21,474 nt of DNA from Candidatus Krumholzibacteriia bacterium (GTDB taxonomy: Bacteria > Krumholzibacteriota > Krumholzibacteriia > WVZY01). Positions 7,952 through 16,100 of this stretch are shown one piece after another (positions within the stretch are counted from its first letter, which is position 1; each line of letters begins with the position of its first letter). The translations under genes and the position numbers were made by a program. Under the pieces are notes generated by a model. That model did no database searches. It was given only the letters and a program-made list of their open reading frames with translations, and was not told the origin of the DNA. Location of the stretch: positions 1 to 21,474 of the forward strand of contig JBHHVD010000055.1 in assembly GCA_046754105.1 (NCBI GenBank), given 5' to 3'.

Positions 7952-9316
7952 ATGGTAGAGACCACGACGAAGCCCCGGCGCAAGGCGGGGCTGCAAACGC
8001 GGCGGGCGGGCAAGACGGAGCGAGAACCGGCCGGCGCGGCAGCGCGGAAAACGAAACGGAAGACGGCGGGCAGGGTAACGCGCAACAAGGCACCGAAGTC
8101 ACCGGCGCGCGGCCGTGCAGCCGGCGGGAAGGGCCAGGCGGGACGCCGGGGCGAGGACGTCCGGTCGGACGCGCATGTCACGGTGACGCTCGGGCGTTCC
8201 GGCGGCATCGACCTTCGCGTGACGTCCAGGGTCGACGTCTATTATGGCGAATCGATTCGTGAGACGGCGGCGTCCGTGCTGGCCGCATGCGGTGTAAAGC
8301 ACGCGCGTGTCGATATCGATGACAAGGGCGCCGTGCCGTTCGTGCTCGCGGCGCGTATCGAAGCGGCGTTGAGGCGAGCCGGGGTAGCCGCCGGCGATGC
8401 ACGACCCGAGCGTGCGTTTGCGCGCAAGGCGGCGACCGGGAAGGACCGGCCGAGGCGATCGCGGTTGTATCTGCCGGGCAACGAACCGAAGTTCATGCTC
8501 AACGCGGGTATCCACAAGCCCGATGGAATCATCCTCGATCTGGAAGACTCCGTGCACCCGGATGAGAAGGACGCGGCCCGGCTCGTCGTCCGAAACGCCC
8601 TGCGCGCAGTTGATTTCCTCGGCGCGGAGCGCATGGTACGCATCAATCAGATGCCGCGGGGCCTGGAGGACGTGGACGCCGTCGCGCCGGAATCACCCGA
8701 CCTGGTGCTGATTCCCAAGGTCGAAACCGCCGATGACGTTCGGTTGGTGCGGGATCGCATCGAGCGCGCCCGCAACCGTGGCCGTGACGGGGGCGCGGTC
8801 TGGCTGATGCCGATCATTGAATCCGCCCTGGGTGTGGAGAACGCCTTCGAGATAGCGGGTGCCGCGGACACGGTGGTGGCGTTGACCATCGGGCTGGAGG
8901 ACTACACGGCGGACCTCGGCGTCAGGAAGACCAGGGAAGGGCTCGAGTCGCACTTCGCCCGCTCGCGGCTGGTCAACGCCGCCCGGGCGGCCGGCGTACA
9001 GGCGATCGATTCGGTATACGGAGACGTGGGCGATATGAGCGGTCTCGAGACCTGGGCAAGGCGTTCCCGTGACATGGGATTCGAAGGAATGGGTTGCATC
9101 CATCCGCGTCAGATCCGTGTGATTCACGGCGCTTTTGCGCCGACATCCGGCGAGATACAGCGGGCGCTCGAAATTGTGGAAGCATTCGAGAGGGCGCGGC
9201 GGCGGGGACTCGGCGTCGTGAGCATCGGCACCCGCATGGTGGACCCGCCGGTCGTGCTTCGCGCGCAGCGCGTGGTGGACGCAGCCCGGCGCGCGGGCCT
9301 GCTCGACGAAAAGTGA
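7952..9316 (+). CDS. citE: Fusion of a basic N-terminal tail, a citrate lyase ACP (CitD-like, about 8135-8390) and a citryl-CoA lyase (CitE-like, about 8450-9316)
   Basis: CitD-like: SRVDVYYGESIR and DDKGAVPFVLAARIEAA. CitE-like: RRSRLYLPGN, ILDLEDSV, VRIN, IPKVE, IIESALG, GLEDY, CIHPRQI and MVDPPV. Confidence 0.88.
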   Translation: MVETTTKPRRKAGLQTRRAGKTEREPAGAAARKTKRKTAGRVTRNKAPKSPARGRAAGGKGQAGRRGEDVRSDAHVTVTLGRSGGIDLRVTSRVDVYYGESIRETAASVLAACGVKHARVDIDDKGAVPFVLAARIEAALRRAGVAAGDARPERAFARKAATGKDRPRRSRLYLPGNEPKFMLNAGIHKPDGIILDLEDSVHPDEKDAARLVVRNALRAVDFLGAERMVRINQMPRGLEDVDAVAPESPDLVLIPKVETADDVRLVRDRIERARNRGRDGGAVWLMPIIESALGVENAFEIAGAADTVVALTIGLEDYTADLGVRKTREGLESHFARSRLVNAARAAGVQAIDSVYGDVGDMSGLETWARRSRDMGFEGMGCIHPRQIRVIHGAFAPTSGEIQRALEIVEAFERARRRGLGVVSIGTRMVDPPVVLRAQRVVDAARRAGLLDEK

Positions 9317-9403
9317 CGGCCCGGCGCGCGCGAAGTCGATCGCGAGGCGCTCCTTGCCGACGCCTTCGGGCCCGGTACAGAGAAGGCATTGCGATAAGAA
9401 AGG

Positions 9404-10984
9404 TTGCGAAACGTGAGAAAGAGCGGACGCAAAGCGTGTGAGTTCGTCGTCAACGGCATCGGTCGGCGGGTGCCGACCGTCGTTAACGGCAGGGAGCAGG
9501 TAGCGTTCCGCGCCGTCGGGGCGCACAGACCCGGCGCGGCGAAGTACGGCCCTCCCGTCCGGTCCTGCCGTGACTACCCGGCGGACGGGGACAAACGGGT
9601 ACGCGATCTCAAGACGGCACTCAAAAAGTGCGGGCTGCGGGACGGGATGGTCATTTCCACGCATCACCACCTGCGGGACGGTGACAAGGTAGCGCTGATG
9701 GCGCTGCAAGCCGCGGCCGAACTCGGCGTGAAGGACCTGGTGTGGTTTCCCAGTGCGTCCTTTCCGTGCCAGGCGCCGGTCGTCGATCTAATGAAGCGAG
9801 GGGTCGTACACCACATCGAGGGCAGCATGAACGGCCCGCTGGGGCGGTACTGCTCCGACGGCAGGATGCGCGGCCTCGGAGTGCTGCGATCGCACGGCGG
9901 GCGCTGGCAGGCGGTCCAGGATGGCGAAGTGAAAATCGACATTGCGGTGGTCGCCGCCCCGTCGGCGGACCAATTTGGCAACGCGAACGGGTCACATGGC
10001 CCGTCCGCGTGCGGATCGCTCGGGTTCGCACTCGCCGACTCGATGTACGCGGACAGGGTGATCGCGGTCACGGATAACCTGGTGCCGTTTCCGTGCGTGC
10101 CGTGGCAAATACAGGGAAACAACGTCGACTACGTCGTGCGGGTGGACTCCATCGGTGACCCCGAGAAAATCGTATCGGGCACGACCCGGGTTACGAAGAG
10201 CCCGGACCGTCTCTTGATTGCGGAATACGTCGCGCGCTTCCTGCGGGACGCGGGGATCATGCGGGACGGTTTTTCGTTCCAGGCGGGCGCCGGCGGCATC
10301 GCACTGGCGTTCGTGGGTTTTCTAAAGGACATGATGCACGAGTCGGGCGTGAAGGCCCGGTTCGTGCGTGGAGGTTCGACGCGCTACCTGGTGGATCTGC
10401 TCGCCGCCGGGCTTACCGACTACGTTCTCGACGGGCAGACGTTCGATCTCGCCGGGGTAGAATCGATCGGGGCGGACCCGCGCCACGTGGCGACCTCTCC
10501 GTTTACGTCTTATAATTATCACGGCAAAGGCAATTTCGCGAGCATGGTCGATGCAGTGGTGCTGGGCGCGACCGAAGTGGATGTCAATTTCAACGCCAAC
10601 GTCGTGACTCATTCCGACGGTGTCCTCCTGCACGGCATCGGTGGATGGCAGAACTGCCTCTCCGCGAAGTGCACGATACTGGCACTGCCGGCTTTTCGCG
10701 ATCGCCTGCCCGTGATCGTGGACGAGGTAACGACGGTCGTCGGCCCTGGAGAGCTGATCGACGTGGTGATCACCGAGCGGGGCATCGCCGTTAACCCGGG
10801 GCGGAAGGATCTGCTGAAGGCCGTCCGCCATTCGGACCTGCCCGTACGCCCCATCCGCGATATCCAGAAAGAGGTCGAAGGAATGATGGGGGGCAAGCCC
10901 CGCCGGCCGGTGCCCGGCGACAACCCCGTGGCGGTCGTGAAATGGGTCGACGGCACGCTGCTCGACACGGTGTGGCAGGTTTGA
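9404..10984 (+). CDS. citF: Citrate lyase alpha subunit / citrate CoA-transferase (start may be GTG 9413)
   Basis: Motifs GLRDGMVISTHHHLRDGD, RSHGGR, ACGSLG, FSFQAGAGG, LGATEVDVNFNANV, DVVITERGIAVNP and DGTLLDTV. Confidence 0.9.
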   Translation: MRNVRKSGRKACEFVVNGIGRRVPTVVNGREQVAFRAVGAHRPGAAKYGPPVRSCRDYPADGDKRVRDLKTALKKCGLRDGMVISTHHHLRDGDKVALMALQAAAELGVKDLVWFPSASFPCQAPVVDLMKRGVVHHIEGSMNGPLGRYCSDGRMRGLGVLRSHGGRWQAVQDGEVKIDIAVVAAPSADQFGNANGSHGPSACGSLGFALADSMYADRVIAVTDNLVPFPCVPWQIQGNNVDYVVRVDSIGDPEKIVSGTTRVTKSPDRLLIAEYVARFLRDAGIMRDGFSFQAGAGGIALAFVGFLKDMMHESGVKARFVRGGSTRYLVDLLAAGLTDYVLDGQTFDLAGVESIGADPRHVATSPFTSYNYHGKGNFASMVDAVVLGATEVDVNFNANVVTHSDGVLLHGIGGWQNCLSAKCTILALPAFRDRLPVIVDEVTTVVGPGELIDVVITERGIAVNPGRKDLLKAVRHSDLPVRPIRDIQKEVEGMMGGKPRRPVPGDNPVAVVKWVDGTLLDTVWQV

Positions 10985-11043
10985 GCGACGGACGGCGGCC
11001 GCCCGGCCGCGGGTCGTGCGGACGGCACCGCGCCGAAGAAGGG

Positions 11044-11072
11044 TTGACATAAGCGTGAGGATAACCCATTAT
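11044..11072 (+). promoter_or_regulatory. sigma70-type promoter of tRNA-Thr
   Basis: TTGACA (11044-11049), 17-bp spacer, CATTAT (11067-11072), ending 24 bp before the mature tRNA. Confidence 0.7.
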
Positions 11073-11096
11073 CAGGTAACCACCTACTAAATTGGA

Positions 11097-11172
11097 GCTG
11101 GTGTAGCTCAGCTGGTAGAGCAGCTCACTCGTAATGAGCAGGTCAGCGGTTCGAGTCCGCTCACCAGCTCCA
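11097..11172 (+). tRNA. tRNA-Thr (anticodon CGT)
   Basis: Complete 76-nt cloverleaf: acceptor GCTGGTG/CACCAGC, D arm GCTC/GAGC, anticodon stem GCTCA/TGAGC with loop CT-CGT-AA (anticodon 11130-11132), T arm AGCGG-TTCGAGT-CCGCT, encoded CCA. Confidence 0.98.
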
Positions 11173-11348
11173 GATGTCTCCCCCCCGTCCGGGTCCGGCC
11201 CATCCCGCAACCTGCCACGGCCGATGGCGCCGCGCGCCGTGATTCCGCGGTAGACCGGGCGGCTCGCTCGGGGCGTCCGTCCCCATCCACACAATCGCAC
11301 CGACCGCTCCGGCGCAATCCGTCCCGCGACGTCACCGCGCGGAGATTC

Positions 11349-11362
11349 TTGATCTTCGTCAA
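11349..11362. promoter_or_regulatory. Candidate FNR/CRP-family binding box upstream of the ACAD-PKS operon
   Basis: TTGAT-cttc-GTCAA matches 9/10 positions of the FNR consensus TTGAT-N4-ATCAA and ends 113 bp upstream of the ACAD start. Confidence 0.4.
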
Positions 11363-11475
11363 CAAACGAGAATAGCCCTACACTTCCGCCTCGCTTTTGG
11401 CAAAAATGATAGTCGGTGCGGAGTTGCGTCCGGCGACACACCCCACCGGCTACCCGAACGAGAGGTCTTGAAACC

Positions 11476-13134
11476 ATGAGCGCAGGGCTCGACAAAGAAG
11501 CCCTCGATCTGACGATCGAGGCGATCAAGGAGTTTGCGGAGCGAGAGCTGCCACAGGACAAACTCCTCGAACTGGATAAGAGGGACGAGTTTCCGGAGGA
11601 CGTGGTGCGGGCCATGTGCGGGGCGGGTCTGGGTATCCAGCTGCTCTTCATCCCGGAAGAGTACGATGGCATGGGGGGTGGCGCGTTCGATGTCTACCGC
11701 GTGTGCGAAGAAATGGGCCGCATCGACCTTGGTGTTGCAACCGCGGTGCTGGCCACGTTTCTCGGCGCCGACCCGATTGTCTTCGGCGGCACCGACGCGC
11801 AAAAGAAGGAATGGCTGACGCGGGTCGGCCGCGAAGGGCTGCTCATGGCATACGGCGCGACCGAGCCGGAAGCGGGGAGCGACCTCGGCGCATTGCGGAC
11901 GAGAGCCGAACGGGTCGAGCAAGATGGCAAGCTGACGGGGTACAAGATCACCGGCAACAAGATGTGGATCAGCAACGGCGGTTTTGCGGACCTCTATACG
12001 ATACTCGCCGAGACACCCGGAGGGCCGGGCTGGTTCGTGGTCGAAAAAGGCGCACCGGGTCTGAGCCAGGGCAAACCGGAGGACAAGCACGGCATCCGCG
12101 CGAGCAACACCGCGGCGGTGTCGCTGGAAGACGTTTACGTCGACGCCGACCGGCTGCTCGGGCTGCAAGAAGGGCTGGGGCTCGTCCAGGCCCAGCTCGT
12201 ATTCGGCTACACGCGCCTGATGGTGGCGGCCTTCGGTCTCGGAGGCGGTTGGGCGGCGCTCGACCGCGCCATCCCGTATTCCGTCGAGCGCATCCAGGCG
12301 GGCGGCCCGTTGTCGGAAAAGCAGGGCTACACACACAAGCTCATCGTGCCGCACGCCGTACGGCTGGAGGTGAGCCGCGCGTTCATCGAGGAGACGGCCG
12401 AACGCATCGACGACGGCGAAGGCAACCTGAACACCGAGGGCGCTATCGCCAAGTACCTCGCGACGGAAGCGGGCAACGCGGCCGCCGAAGCCGGTATCCA
12501 GGCTCTGGGTGGCTACGGTTACACGCGGGAGTACATGGTGGAAAAGATCAAACGTGACGTTCGCATAACCACGATCTACGAAGGTACGTCGGAAATCATG
12601 GAGATGACCATCTGCCGCGACCGCTGGCAGATGCACCTGAAGACTCGCGGCGAGCACTATCACGAGCAGGCGACGAAACTCGACGCCATTCACGCGGAGC
12701 ATCCGAAAGTCGGCGCCAATGTCGCCGCACTCGCGCTCCACGGCCTGGCCGAGGTGCTCGAGCGCGCGCGCATCGAACGACTCACCCGCAACCAGCACAT
12801 CCTGTTCCGGCTCGGCGAGCTCATCGCGTACGCGGAAGGGGCCGGCAGCATGGCGCGCCGGGCGGCGCGGGCCGCGCAGGACCAATTGAACGCGAAAACC
12901 AAGACGCGATTCGGCGCGGACGCGCTCGCCGCGATGAGCCGTATCTGTGCGCGCGACGCGGCCCTCAAGGTGGGCGAAGAGGGACTGCGCTGGGTATGCG
13001 GCGTGGAAGGGGCGAAAGACGTCGGTGCCTTCGAAGAGAAACTCGGACTCTCCGCCGTGCACCGCGCGCAGGCGGGTATCATTGCCGATATGGACTACGT
13101 TGCGGACGTTCTCTACGATCGGGTATCGACATAG
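11476..13134 (+). CDS. Acyl-CoA dehydrogenase family flavoprotein with a C-terminal extension (552 aa)
   Basis: Motifs [34 protein letters not shown] and IYEGTSEI (catalytic Glu). RBS GAGG at 11462-11465 supports ATG 11476. Confidence 0.92.
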   Translation: MSAGLDKEALDLTIEAIKEFAERELPQDKLLELDKRDEFPEDVVRAMCGAGLGIQLLFIPEEYDGMGGGAFDVYRVCEEMGRIDLGVATAVLATFLGADPIVFGGTDAQKKEWLTRVGREGLLMAYGATEPEAGSDLGALRTRAERVEQDGKLTGYKITGNKMWISNGGFADLYTILAETPGGPGWFVVEKGAPGLSQGKPEDKHGIRASNTAAVSLEDVYVDADRLLGLQEGLGLVQAQLVFGYTRLMVAAFGLGGGWAALDRAIPYSVERIQAGGPLSEKQGYTHKLIVPHAVRLEVSRAFIEETAERIDDGEGNLNTEGAIAKYLATEAGNAAAEAGIQALGGYGYTREYMVEKIKRDVRITTIYEGTSEIMEMTICRDRWQMHLKTRGEHYHEQATKLDAIHAEHPKVGANVAALALHGLAEVLERARIERLTRNQHILFRLGELIAYAEGAGSMARRAARAAQDQLNAKTKTRFGADALAAMSRICARDAALKVGEEGLRWVCGVEGAKDVGAFEEKLGLSAVHRAQAGIIADMDYVADVLYDRVST

Positions 13135-13187
13135 GGGTTTGGCGGACTGCCGGCCGTAACGGCAGCAAATCCACACGGAGGGAAAGA

Positions 13188-16100
13188 ATGGACAAGCCGG
13201 CAAACAAGGCCGTTGCGATCGTGGGCGCCGGCGCGCTCATGCCGGACGCGCCGAACGCTCCCGCGTTCTGGCAAAACATCAAGGACGGGCGCTACAGCGT
13301 CTCGGAGGTTTCGAAGGACCGGTGGGACGCCGGTCTTTACTACGACCCCGACCCCAAGGCGCCGGACAAGACGTATACGAAGATCGGCGGTTGGGTGCGG
13401 GACTGGGAATGGGACCCGTTGAAGTGGAAGCTGCCGATCCCGCCCCGCGTCGGCGAGCAAATGGACCTGACGCAGAAGTGGGGCCTGGTCGCGACGCGCG
13501 AGGCGCTTTCCGATTACGGTTACCCCGAGCGTCCCCTCGACCCAGAGCGCACGGCCGTCATCTTCGGCAACGCCATGGGCGGAGACACGCACCTTTTTAC
13601 CGCGACACGAATACTTTTTCCGGAGTACGCCACCGAGTTGAGCAAGGCTCCGAGCTTCTCCCGATTGCCGGCGGAGGTCCGAGACGCGGTCATAGCGGAA
13701 ATGCGTCAGGGTGTCGGGAGGCGTTTTCCGCAAATTACCGAAGACACGATGCCCGGCGAGCTGTCCAATATTATCGCCGGCCGCATCGCGGCGCTGTTCA
13801 ATTTTCGCGGCCCGAACTACGTGGCCGACGCGGCGTGCGCCTCGACGATGGCGGCGGTCAGCGCGGCCTTCGAGGGGCTCGAAAAAAACGAATACGATGC
13901 CGTCATTACCGGTGGAATCGACGCCAACATGTGCGCGCAGACTTTTGTCAAGTTCTGTAAGATCGGTGCCTTGTCCGGTACCGGCACACGGCCCTACGCG
14001 GAAGGCGCCGACGGCTTCGTGATGGGGGAGGGCGCGGCGGTGTTCGTTATCAAGCGCTTACAAGACGCCGAGCGCGACGGCGACAAGATCTACGCGGTGA
14101 TCCGTGCGATCGGCGGATCCAGCGACGGCAGGGGCAAAGGGATCACGGCCCCCAATCCGGTGGGACAGAAACTCGCCGTCCGGCGGGCGTGGCGGAGCGC
14201 GGAACTCGCGCCCTCCGCCGGAGACATGGTGGAAGGGCACGGTACGTCCACGGCGGTCGGGGACGTCGTCGAGGTCGAGAGCATGGCCGAGGCGCTCGGG
14301 GAATTCGACGTGCCGCCGGGAAGTCTCGCGCTCGGGTCGGTGAAATCGAACATCGGGCATCTCAAGGGCGCAGCCGGGGCGGCTGGGCTGTTCAAGGCTG
14401 CGCTCTCGCTCCACGACAAGGTCCTGCCCCCAAGCGTCAACTTTCACAAGCCGAACCCCGGAATCGACTTTGAAAAGTCGCCGTTCACGGTGAGCACGCG
14501 ACTCAGACCCTGGGACAAAAAGGGCGTGAGGCGCGCGGGAGTGAGCGCGTTCGGTTTCGGTGGGACGAATTTCCACGCCGTACTCGAAGAATACGTCCCG
14601 GGACGTCTCGAGAAGGAGAGGAAGACAATTATGTCCGTCGGCGTGAACCTGGCGGGACGCCCCGGTGCCGATTCGGTCGCGGCGCCGCTGAGAGGAGCCA
14701 TGGTCATCGGGGCCGATTCCGACGACGCGCTCCGCAACCAGCTGTTGGCGGCACGGAAGGAAGCCGAGTCGGGGCACGCGCCGCCACCGGCACTTCCCGC
14801 GCAGGCCGCGCTTCGCGCGCCCGTGCGCGTGGCGATCGATTACGGTGACGCGGAGGAACTGGCCGACAAGGCCGGCCGGGCCATCACCGCGCTGGACAAG
14901 AGGCAGCCGGGCCGGTGGAAGGCGTTGCGTGCAAAAGGCATTTTCCTGGGCCGGGGGGCGCCGCAAAAGGTCGCTTTTCTCTTCACCGGTCAGGGCTCGC
15001 AGTACGTGAACATGCTTCGCAGCTTGAAGGAGACGGAGCCGATCGTCGCCGACACCTTCGCCGAGGCCGACCGCGTTATGAAACCGCTTCTCGAGAAACC
15101 ACTGAGTGACTACATCTTTGTAGACGATGCGGACGAGGACCACATTTCCAAGGCGGACCACAAGCTCAGGCAGACGATAATCACGCAGCCGGCGGTGCTC
15201 GCCGCGGAGACGGCGCTCGCCCGCCTGCTGGCGGCGTACGGTATCTCGCCGAACATGGTGATGGGACACAGCCTCGGGGAGTACGGAGCGCTGGTTGCGT
15301 CCGGCGGGCTGCCGTTCGACGACGGCCTGCGCGCGGTAAGCGCCCGCGGCGGCGAGATGACCAGGGCCTCGAAGAGTGACAACGGGCTCATGGCCGCCGT
15401 CCACGGCCCGATCGAGGAAATCGAAAGGATCATTGGCGGCAGCGAGGGGTACGTCGTGGTTGCCAACCTGAACAGCACGAAAGAGGCCGTGATCGGGGGC
15501 GGGACCCGGGCCGTACAAGAGGCGATGGAGGCGCTGCGTGAGGCGGGGTACTCGGTAACGCAGTTGGCGGTGAGCCACGCGTTTCACACGAACATCGTCG
15601 GCGCAGCCGCCGAAGCGCTGGTCGGGATACTGAAGCGAATGAAACTCCAGCCACCGGCGATTCCCGTGGTGGCGAACATATCGGGGGAGTTCTACCCGAT
15701 GGGCCCCGGGGCGGTGCCCGGGATGATCGATATTCTCGCCAGGCAGGTCGCCTCCCCCGTGCAGTTCGTGAAGGGTCTGAACACCTTGTACGACGCGGGA
15801 GCCAGGGTCTTCGTCGAACTGGGGCCGAAGCGGGCGTTGTACGGCTTTGCCGAGGATGTCGTCGGATCGCGGGAAGACGCGACAACGCTCTTCACGAACC
15901 ACCCGAGGATCGGTGACGTCGTGTCGTTCAACCACGCGCTGTGCGGACTGTACGCGGCCGGCGTGGGCGCGGGCAGAGTTGATGACGCCGTGGAGACGGC
16001 CGCAGAGGAGCCCTCACACCACTTCGAGCAGGCCGCAACACCCGCCCCGCCGGTTCCAGCGCCGGTGGACCGATACGTCCAGCTGGGTCACCTGTTTGCA

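Noticed and set aside
10986..11016. Intrinsic terminator after citF (GCGGCC-gccc-GGCCGC)
   Set aside because: Short GC hairpin with no U-tract; such hairpins are common by chance at this GC content.
11097..11172. Recoding idea: the neighbouring tRNA(CGT) inserts Ser at the ACG codons of the ACP active sites
   Set aside because: The tRNA has ordinary Thr features (G1-C72, C2-G71, short variable loop) and lacks the long variable arm of tRNA-Ser. ACG is used throughout the window at conserved Thr positions.
12996..13187. Upstream extensions in the ORF track (PKS from 12996, ACAD from 11416, dehydrogenase from 6548, xdhC from 1960)
   Set aside because: They overlap neighbouring genes or regulatory regions and encode non-conserved sequence. 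Downstream ATGs at 13188, 11476, 6758 and 1879 fit the domain starts better.
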